A stretch of DNA of 64,000 bases from Vermamoeba vermiformis (taxonomy: Eukaryota), in contig JBEWZL010000124.1 of NCBI GenBank assembly GCA_045837725.1, forward strand, positions 248,001 to 312,000, in the 5' to 3' direction. Every line of letters starts with the position of its first letter. The stretch's first letter is position 1. The position numbers were made by a program, and so were the translations under genes. Below are positions 11,852-24,864 of the stretch, piece after piece. The notes under the pieces were generated by a model. That model had not been told where the DNA came from. It made no database searches and worked only from the letters and a program-made list of their open reading frames with translations.

Positions 11852-12670
11852 TTACTTTTCAATTAAACAGTGAGACGAATCTGAGAAGTTGCTCGTCGCA
11901 AGCCCTTTGCAGCGGCCTTCCATTTCGTCCTTCCAAGTGCTAATGGTCTTCTCGGCTTCACGCAAGCCCATTCGCTTGATTTGAGGCAAATGTTGAGCGA
12001 ACTTCAAAATTCGAAGCTTTCTGGATGTGGCTCGTATTCCCAACTCCAGATAGTCCGAGACAATCTCGCTCTTGTTGTACCACAAGTGAAGCAGCTTGAT
12101 AGCGCGATGAATGAGCTCCGCTTCTTCGATATTGAACTTGTTGTAGTTGAAATCGCGTCGCATCCGCATGTTGTCCAACTTGACTTTGAGACCTACGAAC
12201 TCTTCCAAGGTCTCGTTATTGTTCATAATACGACTAGGGACACGGATGCGTTCCAGGAAGTTGAAGTTTTCTTTGAATTTGAGGAACCAGCGATACTGGT
12301 TGTTCGCCGTCAAAGGGATTTCGATCTGGATGACATCCGATGCGGTTGTAGTTCCTTGAGGCAACTCAATAGTCGTCAATACGGCGTAGAACTTGAGGTC
12401 GGTTTGCTTGAAGATTTGATCGACAATGTAGATCTCTTGCGGGCTCGTAGCGTGAGTAACAATGGCGTCAAATCTGCCTTGGACGTGCTTTTGCAAGTCT
12501 TCCATAGAACCAGAAGCGTGCCATGCGCTAGATCCGATGTCTTCATAGTGCGCCATGAGACAGAAGAGCATTTTGCCCTCGCGTGGGTAGCAGTCGTAGA
12601 CTTTAGTTCGTTGATCGTGAGCGCCCAAAGCTTTTAAAGTCCAAACCAAGATCTGCAAAAGTTTCTCCAT
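11852..12670 (-). CDS. Hypothetical 272-aa intronless protein
   Basis: Long ORF with coding-like GC content and a good ATG context; no recognised motif. Confidence 0.65.
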   Translation of the reverse strand: MEKLLQILVWTLKALGAHDQRTKVYDCYPREGKMLFCLMAHYEDIGSSAWHASGSMEDLQKHVQGRFDAIVTHATSPQEIYIVDQIFKQTDLKFYAVLTTIELPQGTTTASDVIQIEIPLTANNQYRWFLKFKENFNFLERIRVPSRIMNNNETLEEFVGLKVKLDNMRMRRDFNYNKFNIEEAELIHRAIKLLHLWYNKSEIVSDYLELGIRATSRKLRILKFAQHLPQIKRMGLREAEKTISTWKDEMEGRCKGLATSNFSDSSHCLIEK

Positions 12671-13961
12671 GGTGGCGATGGCTGTAGTCGATAGATATAT
12701 GCGTAGATACTCTTTTGTTTGCTATTCACAAATTGAAGCAAATTCGGATCCACTTCGTTTGTTGATCGGATTTGTTAGATGAACAACACGTCAAAAGAAT
12801 CTAATAAGATTGAAAGTAGTTAATGAGAATCACTTCTTGTCAATCGATGCAAATTGGTTATTGGAAATGCTCCAGGCTTTTAAATATTCTGACCTAACTA
12901 AAATCACGTGACGGTACCTTGGAAAATTTTTGAAAATTACGCAAAAAAACTCGCACCACGAGACTTCCTTTTATAAACCGGTTTGCCGTTTAGGCAAATC
13001 TTCCATTTTGCAAGCGCTATTTTAAGATCAAGATGAAATTTCGAATAAAATTTCTTTCAATTTGGGTTGAATGCGGTGCTGATAAACTATAAAAGCCTCC
13101 TCGTTATTAACGGCGTGTTATTGACATTTAATGGTCGATATACCTCGTATTTTCCGAAGATACCAGCCATCGCGCGAGTACGAATCAGAATTCTTGATGT
13201 TTTTTCTTCTGGATCCGCTAACAAATACAACTTTCACGAACAAAGCTCTTGACTTCTTCCTATAAATATCAATTGCATATTAGTCATAAGTCCTTGATAA
13301 TCCTGCTGCAATCGTTGTCTATTTAAATGACTGCTATGCCCTATTCACGTACAATTTGATTGTTCCTTCGTATTTTTACGCTATTGATATTTCAGCAAAC
13401 TAAAATTCAATCGTATACTTTTTTTGCTATCGGATGTGGCCGCACTCCTAGGTACACGAATATTTTTTTACCCAAGAAGAAGGATACCACTCATAAATCC
13501 TATAAATAGTAAGTGAATAATGAATGAAAGGTAGACTATGGAGGTACGCAGATTGGTGCTAGAACACTTATCGGATGATTTTTCAATTTTTTGGATTCAG
13601 CTCGCAAAATTGCTTAACAAGCTGTAGCTTTGAAAAAACCGACATAGAACGTACCTAAATTATTATTCGTACTTGCAGTAATTATTGGTGCACGGAAAAC
13701 AACCAATCAAATCCGGATTGCGCTTGACTAGTACTCGCGTAGCTACAATAATTATAGAGACGTACCATTCTTGCTTAGCGCGCATAATTAATTAATCGAA
13801 GGAATTAATGTTTAATAGCCGCGTCATGTTCTCCAATAACAGCACCACGCAAAGATCTTTATCAAGTTCAGAAGTCTACAAAAGATAACGACAATAACAA
13901 CAGGTATTGGTTGAGATATTGAGTTTATTGCGATTACTGTACATTAAGATTTTAGAAAATC

Positions 13962-16071
13962 TTAAGGAGTAGGGTTGGCAAGGTTAACAGAGCCGAGACC
14001 GCAAGAAGTGCCGCACGACGGGTAAGGCAAGACATCAGGAACGATGTTGACTTCAGTGGTCACCTTAAACTCAAACTTCTCGCTGCCGTGACGGCGCTCA
14101 GGCACGTCGTAAGTGAACTCGAGGTAGAAGATGCCGTAGCCTTGAGCAGGGGCCTTACGAGTGGCAGTGTAGACGTCGCCGTGAGCAGCAGTGATCTCGG
14201 TAGCGTTCCAGCCCAAGTTTTGGAGGCAAGAAGGACCAGTGGCAGTGATGCAAGAGAACAAACGGAAGTCACGAGCAGTGGCTCGGAGAGTGTTAGCGGA
14301 CCACATGATGACCTTCTTGGGACGAGTGTGAGAAGTGGCAACAATAGCAGCGTTGGCAGTGCGAGAGGTGGTCTTGTGGAGGGACCAGCGGAGGTCACGA
14401 GGGCCACGCAAGTTGTCAGTAACGATGTGAACAAAGGAGTTGACGGACACGAGCACATCAGTGACGTTGAAGCTGGTAGTGAAACCGTGACCAGCACCAG
14501 GCAAGATACGCAAGTACTTCTCGCCGCGGAGGTCGTTGAAGAAGAAGTTGACAGAGTCAGGTTGGAAGAACTCGTCTTGAGAGGCAGTGATGATGTAAGT
14601 GGGCTTAGCAGTGAACCTGTTGTTGAAGATGATGGGATCGATCAAAGCAGCCAAAGCGTCGAACTCGGGCTTGTTGAAGTAGTTCAAGCTACCAGCAAGG
14701 AACTGCAAGATCAAGTTAGGATCAGATCTTAAATGTGTTGACGCTAGTTACTTACGTAATCGGCAAAAGTCCAAGTCCAACTAAATTAACGACAATTAAC
14801 ATAATTAATCAAATAAGTCAGTTATAGATCGGATCTCTGGACTTACCCGCCAAGGGATCTAAAGGCGGAGTTGAGGTTAGGCTTGATGTTGAGGATGGGC
14901 ATGACGATGGGGATGAAGGCCTCGACACGCTTGTCAATACCAGCGGCCAACCAGGTAGTCCAACCTCTCTTGGATGCACCGGACATGATGAAGGATTTAA
15001 CTTGAGGGATCTCAAGATCTTCGGTAAACTCTTGAATAGCATCCCTAGATTATTCAAGATTAGTTTCTATTGACGGAAGTATTCCTGAATAAAGTCGCCA
15101 AGTCTCTCTTTTGACACGTGACGAGCGGAGATTACCGAGATAAATACGTACATAGCAGCAACAGCAGACTTGACTTGAGGGAATTGCAAGATCCAGTCAG
15201 GGTTGGAGGAAGTGTTAGACAAGAAGTGAGTCCAAGTGAAGGCAATGATAGCGTCTTCAGAGCGTTGAGTGTGAGAAGGATCCGAAGGGAAAACGATGGG
15301 TTGGTTAGGAACTTGCTTCAACACTAATCGAATAAATACGTTAATAAATTGCATATACGATACATGAATAATCTAATCTAGCGAGAAAAAGTTACTTACA
15401 AGCTGTTACTGTTTCAGTTCTTCTGCACAAAAAGTCGACGAGAGGATCCATCGTAGTGGGTGGAGGAGAAGTGTTGCTACCGCCATCAACGTGCAAGAAA
15501 GCAGTCTTGGAAGAGATCTACGCGGAAAGAATTTTAAGTTTAATTGTTGCGGCAACGGTCATTCGTCCCATCTGGCTGACACAGATGAGACAAAAAGTGA
15601 ATTACTTACGTTATCAGGCACGCAAATGGTAAGGTAATGCCACCAAACAGGGCGAGAAGACTCTACGGAGCTTAACCAGGTTTGGGAAGTCAAGTTGAGG
15701 ACCTACGAAGGAAAGTTCGAGGTTAGATGACACTTGTCACAAAGCGGAACGAATTAATTTTTATTCGATTTGATTCGGTCGCGCGATTGGTAACGATCGC
15801 AAGCAATAATATAAGCTCTGTATAATCATGTAATAATAACTAAAATGGTGAATCAAAAGATCCACAAAAATCTTTTTTGGCAATTCAGAAATAGTGGACT
15901 TACATAGACAGTGTAAGCATCAGCTCTGACGGAAGCGAGAACGGTGTAGTCGTACGAGTCATCCTCGGTGTAGACGTACTTCTCCAAAGGAGTTCTGTGT
16001 CTGCGGCCAGCGAAAGATCCGCCGAAGCAAGCAATGCAGAGAATCAAAACAAGCAAAGCCTTGGTGTTCAT
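13962..16071 (-). CDS. PqaA-family (PhoPQ-activated / Dictyostelium AprA-like) secreted alpha/beta-hydrolase-fold protein
   Basis: Signal peptide; TPLEKYV, LTSQTWL, WWHYL, QVPNQP, RSEDAIIAFTW, GASKRGWTTWL, DEFFQPD motifs. Confidence 0.88.
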
Positions 16072-16871
16072 GATTTAAAGGGCAGTGAGTTCAATAAGCT
16101 AGTCTTATTGAATCTAGGGTCGTGTTGTTGATAGGGCGAGAAAAAAAGGGGATTAAATTTTTAAATTCGTCGTCCGTTGCGTTTTTCTACCTTTTTTCAG
16201 CACACATCACGTGACTTGATTTGTGACAGCTGACCTGCATTACGCGTGCAATTAATGTGCGTCGGAGAATATGCGCGACGGGAGCGTGCGATTCATATCG
16301 GAGGGGTGTAATAGTATTATGACAGAACCATTGACACCGGTTGCAGATCCGGCTGGATCGTCTTTTTCGGAATTTGCCTCTTTGGCTTCCAACTTCGCGC
16401 TACGTGCATCCAATAGCAAAAATAGTTCATTACGATAATATAGAATCAAGTGCGATTTCCAACTTCTTGATTCACTACAGATTGCACTAGTTCTCGCGAT
16501 CCTCCGGAACTGACTTCCGCAATAATCAAAAAGGAAATAAAGTTACTCCGAAACTTAAAAAATAACCTTATTATAAAACTTACACATTATTATACGTGGA
16601 CGGAGCAATCAATCGGCGCGGAACCGAAAAGCTTTTCGTTGTGGAAGTGTCAGAAGCGGATGAAAGATGACGGTGCCATTTTGATGAGATTAACGATCTC
16701 GTCTGCTCTTAATATAGCATTCAATGGTAGTTTAGTCTTTGCGTCGGAGCGCGAAAGCGCCATTGCTCTGAGCAACTAAGATAGAGAGCAACAACAGATT
16801 GCAGAAGTACATCCGCAGCCACAAAAGAATTAATTTTTAACTAAAGTTTATAATTGACGTAAATTAAGCTA

Positions 16872-19800
16872 TTAGGTGAGGTTACCGTTATTAGTAAAGC
16901 CAAAATTGTCAATGTAGTAGTTGTTCGTTTGTCCATCCACCTGTCCAACTTGCACCGACAAAATTGTTGCAGCTTCAGTCAATGCGAATTGGCTCGTGGC
17001 AATATTAAATACGTTCCATTTGCCTGCAGTGACTTGCAATGGGATGCTAGGCAAACTAGAGGTCCAACTGCCAGAGTATAATTGGATGTAAAGACCGGTG
17101 ATGTCGCGATCCGCCCAAAAAGCCAAATGCAAGTAGGGCAATGAAGGGTCGATACTAATGCCTTTAATATCGATGATGAACCATTGGATAGCCACACTCG
17201 CGAATTTCATCGAGGAGGTTTCAGAATTAACGACGGTGTTGTCAATCGAGTAAACTGAAAAAAAAATGTTAGAATAACTAATAATAAATCAAAAATAATT
17301 AATTGTATATTTTCATCGATTAATATAGCAGTTAAAACATTGACGTTGACTTACTTTGACTGACAGAACATCCAGCGCACATTTCATCGCGGAAGACGTA
17401 GAAGTACGTCGATGAAAAAAACGCAAAGTCATCGATGTAAATGTTGTTCGTTTGAGAGTTCTGACCCAACGCCAACGAGACAGTTGTGATCTCGCCAGAG
17501 AGCACGAACTGGGACAACGAAATGGTGAATGTGTTCCACTTGCCAGCCTCCATAGCTTGCAAGAATACAGCAGGAGTAGATGAACTCCAATCTCCGCTGT
17601 AGACTTGGATTTTTCCGCCGGTCAAGGGCAGATCCGAGTAGATGGCAACGCGGATCGAGTCGTACACTGACACGTCTTTAGGACACGCGCGGAAATCAAT
17701 AACAAACCACGTGCTTGTTACACCTGTGTAAAGCAATGAAGTGCTGCCAGCGTAAGCTTGTGCTGAGCTAATCTGATAGCCGGACGCTGTCAAAAAGTCA
17801 GTCTCGTGCCGCGCAGTTTTGACTGTTTTTGCTCTTACCAGCTGGTCGCCAAGCAACAGCAAAGTCATCGCGGAATATAAAGAACTCGTTGAGAGTTTGC
17901 TGGTATCTGTGAGGCAAGCCAGCAACGGTCGGTTGATTGAAGACCGGTGTCGTAGTGGGGCATGCAATATTCACACCAAGAGTTGAAGCAGGTGTTACGA
18001 GCACTGAAACTCCGAGAGGATATCTTCCATTGTTGTCACGACCAGTGATAGCCAAGTTCAAAGGCGGGCGGTAGCCAGTCGAGTCGAGGACGGCTAAGTA
18101 AGCCTTATACAAGCCTACTGGCACCGAGCTGCTCGGAAGGGTGAACGAGTTGGATCCGTAGTACGAGTTCAAATCAGGGAACACGTTGGTAATGTCAATA
18201 ATGCTCGTAGTTTGGTAGGTCGTGCTGTCACTAATAAAGTTGGATCCAGTGCACGATGAAATGTCGTAGACCGAGTTACGAAGGGCGCCACCACATCGTT
18301 CAGTCTCATCGCCAGTGCACGATTGAGCGCACTCTGATTCAGCGGCAGTGCCGTAGGTACCATAACTATTGCCACAATAGCATTGATTGCTTCCTTGCAA
18401 GCCTGCGTACTTGAAGCCTTGATTCTTGCAAGTGTTCACGCAGTCTTCAATAGCCAAAGCCGCGGATGTCATTGATGACCCAGAGATGTCACGTGAGCTG
18501 CCGGAGTCAGCGTAGCATCCCAAATATGACACGCACGTGGGTCTGAGTTCGACAACAGTGCTCCAAGGGTCGTAGATTCGGCTAGTGCCTGTGTTTGACA
18601 TGTTCAGTCCAACGAAGAAGCATTCGTTTTGAGCCACGAGAGTTGACACACGGACGGAGTTGACGTTGGCAATGAATCCCATCATACGTCCGAGCTCGGC
18701 AAGGTCAGCAAGTTGTTGCGAAGAGTAGCCACTGCTCGTGACAGGGATGTTTCCGTTGCCAATAGTTGAGAAGTGGTAGTCACGTGCTTCACGTTGAGCT
18801 TCGGCAAAGTCATACGAACTAGCGGGGGAACCAGATGTGAATTCTGCGAATGAAGGAGCGGTTCTCCATCTATGTTGAGCGATGGGCCACGATCTGAAGT
18901 TGTCCCAGTTGTAAACTTGACTGAAAGTGTCAATGCGAATGCCAATGTTCGATGACCTCTTGATGGCGTAACAGGTGCTAACGTCGTCGTTGATATTGAT
19001 GGTCAAGTACAGATTTGGGAATGCATTGGCAACGATGTCAATGTACGCCTGTTTCGTGGCCGTTGAGGCTTCTTTGTCGTTTGTGCAGACAGACGAAGGA
19101 TGCCACTCGCCGTAGTCGCCGATCAATCCAATATCAATCCAGCCCAGGCGCTTGTCGTTGGAGTACTTGCTCGCCAGAGCAGCAAACAAAGCAGTAACAC
19201 GCTCCTTCATGAACGCGTTCTCCCAGTCCGGAACAAACGTGTCTTTTTGGCCGTTGCCGTCAGCATCGCAGTTGAGAGCGCCGCCTTGATTTTGATAAAT
19301 GTACGTAGGAACACCAATGCCTTTAACCCAAGAGTCCAAAATCATCACCCTAAAGCCGAATTTTCCTCCGTTATTAGCTGCCTTCGTGAGCTCATTGTCG
19401 ATGACAGTGAAGTCGTAGACACCTTGAGAGGTCTCAAGGGTGGCCCAGCTCCATCGATTGTATGAATCTTTGAAGGGTGCAATAGATTGACTGATAACGT
19501 TGTAGTCTGATCCAAGCCAGTTGTAGAATCCTCTAAACGGATTGGCTTGAGTTGTGGTCAAGACTGTCGGACGCACTGTGACCTCATCTTCAACACTTCT
19601 TTTGGCACTTTGTTGAATTCTAACCTCAAAAACTATGCCACATAAGTATCGTTAGTGTCTATCTCAATAGTTTATAAGTATTCTTGTATTATTACCTGAG
19701 CAATCATCGCCAGAAAAACCGTCGAAACACGTGCATCGGCCATTGTTTGTGTTGCAAGTTCCACTCGCGCTGCAGTTATTCGGGCACACGAGGTTGCCGT

Positions 19801-20687
19801 TGGTAGTCACAGTCACTGAGCTGAAGTAGAATTGATCGGGCACGAACACGTAGACGTCCGCTGTAATGCAACTTTCATCCGTGTTGACACGAACAGCAAA
19901 AGAGCACACAAGCAACACTGCAAACAGTACTCGGAGTGCAGACTTGTTGATCATAATGACAGAGGGAAGAAGGGTCGCGAGAGTGATGTTCAATAAAAAT
20001 GTCACGAATGATTGACGTTCGGCGGAGGCTGAGACCTGAAAGTGCGATCCAAAATGTCAGTTGTGACACGTAAAGAACATCTGCAGGATTAATTATATAT
20101 TCTAAGAACGTCCATACCTTGCCAGTGTTGCGATCGACAATTAACGTCAGTCCTGTAGCCGAATGTCCGACACTCAGAACGATCGGATCTGGTTCGTCTT
20201 GGGTAGTAGTTATACGCACGAGAAAAGTGATGTTAGACGTTCCCCCTGTTTGGAAGTAAACATTTCCCTGCAATTAAGAGTTTACAACGACTGTTAAATA
20301 ACGTAGTATGAGGTGAAAGTGAGTGTTACTGATGTTTCACACAAATGCACAAATAGTTAAATCGAGTAATAGTACGAATTTACATCAATAATTTACGTTA
20401 ATAATTCATCAATTTAAAAGACCTAAACAATATTTATCTAATCGATTCAACGGGCAATTTTCTGAACGAAATTTGTTGACGTGCAGTAACAGTAAAGTTT
20501 ATAGCTATTTGATTGATAGTATAATGACTTAATAGAGACTTACAGGCACAGTAGATTGCACGTTCAAAGAAGATCCAGGCGAGGCTGTTGTTTGAAGAGT
20601 TTTCTGCGAGTTGACGGTGCATGAACTTGCAGCCCAACAACCAGTCGCAGCAACAAGTAGTACTATTAATAATACTAGTCGCTGCAT
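16872..20687 (-). CDS. Secreted multidomain glycoside hydrolase-like protein (EGF, GH42-like/DUF4832 module, WSC, two CBM-like repeats); 3' end approximate
   Basis: Signal peptide MQRLVLLIVLLVAATGCWA; EGF CPNNCSASGTC..CTCFDGFSGDDC; NPFRGF, WATLE..GVYDF, IDIGLIGDYGEWH; WSC YLGCY..CYCGN..CGG; two GKWN..IDxF.F repeats. Confidence 0.75.
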
Positions 20688-20971
20688 TGTGCTCACTTGC
20701 AGCAGAACAAAATATGAAATGATTGATAGTCCAATTCGGAAAATAATTGCTCGTTACAATTCACAAATTTTCGCTACACGAGTAATGCCGAGGAAATTTA
20801 ACTGACCCCGCGAGAGGATCGCTTAATATTAAAGGGAATAAAAAGAACTAGGAAAGTAATTGTTGCAGATAAAGAGAAGGTTTCTCGCGATCCGAAAATG
20901 ATTGACTGAAAATAATGGAGCCACAGTTACTCCGAAAGTTGTTATATTATTACCTTGTTGTTATATTACAT

Positions 20972-23900
20972 TCATTGAGTGTTATTCTGCGTCGAATCTG
21001 CCGGAGCATCGCTTGCAGAAGTATCGGAAGCGGATGAGCGATGGCGATCTCGCTGCGATGAAATTGAGACTCTCTTCTGCTCCTCTAGTACTAGCTCGCC
21101 AGTAGTGTAATGGTCTCGTGGACTATGGCTGCCCCATTGCGCTGGCTGGCCGCTCAACGATGAAGATCTGCTGGACGGATTTGATCCATTTCCGGATGCG
21201 GATGAGTTCGAAGAATACGATTGGTTCGTTGGTGAGCCCGTAACAGTCGTAATAGTCAGGCAAAGCAAGACTAGGTCGGTTAGACGAAGATCTTGGAGAT
21301 TCAGATCTCGGAGAGCTTGCAGAACGAGGACTAGGTAACTTCTGATTGAACGAAATAGGCATTGTTTCTGGCGCTGATTTTGTTCTTAAATTTTTCGGCA
21401 AGAGCTGTGCGAGCGGATCGTAGTGGAAACTCGATAGAAGTAAATGCAAGTTCGGCAACGTCTCGCGTAATGATCTAGTCTCAAGGTCTTGAGAATGCAA
21501 GAGCTATAGTTAGGAGTGTTAGTAACCGAAAATAAATAAATTTGTAACGAAGCGGATGTGGCTTACTTGTTCTAAATTTTTGTTCAGCAAGAAGACTCCA
21601 TATTCAAAACGAGTCCTATCGACACCCTTAGAATACAAAGGATATTTTCCGTTCAAAGGAGGCGGAGAAATGTCGTCGCGGATCATTGACTTGGAGCACA
21701 TCGGGTACATTTGGTATCGCATCGGGATCTAATCAAAATATATTAGGATTGACCACCTTATCGAACATTATACGTACCTCTAAGTACTTCGATAAAAGAG
21801 ACAGAATATGGCACACGTAGCCTAAAGCAACTGAGACTTGTTCTTCGTCGGATCCTGTCAAATAACACGCTGTCAGAAAAGTGTCTATTTACATCATACA
21901 AATGTACTCGCGAATATTATTGTAGTCGCCGTGTATGATATAATGAATATATTTGACGTACCAGTAAATATGGAGTTAGGCAATGGAATACCGTTAATCG
22001 TGTAGACCAAGCCCATTCCATCATCACGTACTTTGATCACGTACACGCGTTGTAGCTGCATAATACATCTTATAGTGTGGAATCTGATCAATTGCTGCGT
22101 TTTCCAAAGCTTTTCCCTACAAGACAAGCACGTTAATGTAAATTAAAATACACGTGCTGGATCCGTCAGTTCGCCTTTCGATTATAGCAGACGACTTACT
22201 TATCGATATTTAGGTTTGCAAGGTGTTCTTCTAACTCCGCTTTTGACGATCCCAATGCTATCTCGGCTTCTTTTAACAGATCTACTTGGGGCAGTATTGC
22301 GGCCTCTTGTGCGGTAATAGAATCTGATTCTGCACGATAAAACATGTGTTAATACGTCGTAGAGGCCATTAACGATAATCTTTATGGCTCTTTAGGCATG
22401 TATAATAACAATCGTACGCCAGCCAAGTGCCAAAAGATCCGGGTGTCACGCAGATCTAAACTTTGCTTTTCAAAAGAGTGACTAATTTACCTTTAGCTAA
22501 GTGTTGCTTTTGCAATGTAACTTGTTGTGAGAGCTGTTTAAATCGATCCAGATGACTATCGCGCTCTTTAATCTTTTCATAATAATCCGCTTGGTTCTTC
22601 AACTTCTGTTCGATTTGTGCCTTTAATTTTGCAATTTCTTCGTGACACTGCGACAATTCTTTCTTCTTTTGAACGATTCTATACCGCTAGTTAGAACTAA
22701 AACGTCAACGCTGAAATTTCTGGTACATACTCTAATACGGCTGCTCGTGATTGAGAAAGCTTTTTGCTGTTCTCATCGAATAATTTACTAGTAATTGGAA
22801 GGTCTTGGATGAGTCCTCGGGTAGTCTAATGCACGAAATTATTATAATAATTGAAATTTTTGCGTTAATTACCATATCATTGCGCAGATCTTCGGTTATG
22901 TACAGCCCGTCAGTCAGCTCAAATAGCAGTGAATTAGCTGGAAACTCAAAGCCCTATCCAGCGTGTGTCATTATATTATTTAGTTGAAATCCAGCCGCAC
23001 TGTCGTAATCGAAAACAGCTGTTGACAACTTACGTTCGCGCTACCAATGTACTGCAACTTTGACAGATCTATTCGCGATTTCAAGCAAAGCTGATAAGGC
23101 TTTGTCGTGCAGTCCCATACATATACCATAAATACTATGTAACAATGTTATTACTCGATTGCTTTAAACATTTTTTTCGCTGCGAAATACACGTACCATT
23201 CGGATCTCCTTCTAATTTGTACAAATATTTTTCTACAGATATTGAACACCAATGAGGATTCTATAAATAATATGCATTAATAAATATACAAAGTGGTTGA
23301 AAAAATTTAAAATGCTACGAACTACACATCATTCAGATCTACATATGATCTTGCAGCTTCTTTAAAATAATAATAATAAAATTATGTATTAGTTGGGAGG
23401 TATAAATACTGTGCCACTATAAGCAAAAAGCAAAAAGAAATTTGATAGGCAAGTGCATGGTGGTCGCGTCAAGTGATAGATCTACAGCTCATAGAGCGGT
23501 AGGGGGGTTGTGTGACCTGTCCACGATGAATTCACCGCGAACAGGTCGCAAATCGAAGAAAATTCGTATGGTAATCCTAGCGGATCGAAGCACTCCCCGT
23601 ATTCTTTCGAAGATCGATTCTTAAATTTCAGTTGTGAAAGGAAAACGAGGAACCACTTCAACCGGTATGGAATTACTATAGAAATCTCCTTTGATCTGTT
23701 CTTGTTCCATCGAGGAAACGAATCTATTTTGCGCTTCCAAACATGTACTCGTCCAGAAGGTGATTTCACAGTTAATAACATAACGTGCACCAATATCAGC
23801 TTGCCCAAACAATACATTCGATAAAGGGAGTATTTAGAGCCACATAGTTTTGAAGAGAACATTATTTTGGGTCTAATTCTCGACAATTTCTGCTGCGCAA

Positions 23901-24541
23901 AAAAATTGTGGATTTGTGGCTGATACTTTTCGTAGCACGTGCTTCGATCAAAATATCCTCTAGTGTGTTACTTACATTACTACTATATACAACTTCGCCC
24001 ATAAAGAAGGGCTGTTCATCGTGCTCAGGATCGGCTGGATTTGTTCCTTCTGTCAAAAAACATCTATTAATCAATCTTTAATAATTACCGTACCAAAAAA
24101 TATAGTTATACTATATTGATGCTATTTAAACCATTGGCACGATTAAAGAAATTAGAGTAGATTTTTTGGTCGTGTCAAATTGATATTCGGTTTAATATGG
24201 AAGCTCGATTGATTACCTTCATGTAATGTAAAAAATGAATCCATTAATATCTTTGATCCTGCCATCTCAAGGCTTCGTGCCATTATTGACTTAACGTGAC
24301 GCAATCTCCTCTGAAAAAACGAAAATTATTAAATAATGTTAATCATCAATAATTGCGTTTATAATCATAATATTTTTTTTGCCAACATAATATAAATTAA
24401 ACAATTAATTTTAAAGGCATTTTTAACGTAATTGAAGATCGATCGAAAAGTAAATAAGATACTGACCAATTCAGGAGGCAGTAACGCCGGTCCATTCTTT
24501 GGAACACTTATCCTCTTCTTTCCTTCACTGCTTTCATTCAT
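20972..24541 (-). CDS. UVRAG: UVRAG/Vps38 (class III PI3K complex II subunit), multi-exon
   Basis: RRLRHVKSIMARSL N-terminus, coiled coil, ALGYVCH..IPMRY..YPLY..FEYGVFLLNKNLEQL; the Ser-rich tail likely continues through a +1 shift near 21260 (otherwise ends at 21123). Confidence 0.85.
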
Positions 24542-24864
24542 TGTGTACGTACATAAAAAAAGTCTACGAACAACTAAAAATTTGGATCTTGCATTTTACG
24601 CTTGAACTCTCTGCCGCTCCGGAGCGATGAACATTATGACTTTGTCGCCATATTTCGTAATGTTGAAGCAATCGAGCACACCACTACCGTATAAACGTAG
24701 GATTTATAATTCTAAGCTTTTATTATGCTACAAAATAATATTGTTTAATACACATAGTTCAAATTAAATAAGTTTTTTTCTTTTCGCTCGTTACTAGCAT
24801 TTTTTGCCAGCAACTGCTTTGGATTCGCAAAGAAATCTCAAAATTCCGCTACTTAACGTTAAAA

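Noticed and set aside
11981-14732. Long antisense ORFs (11981-12637, 14088-14732 and similar)
   Set aside because: They are shadows of codon-biased genes on the opposite strand, with no independent motifs
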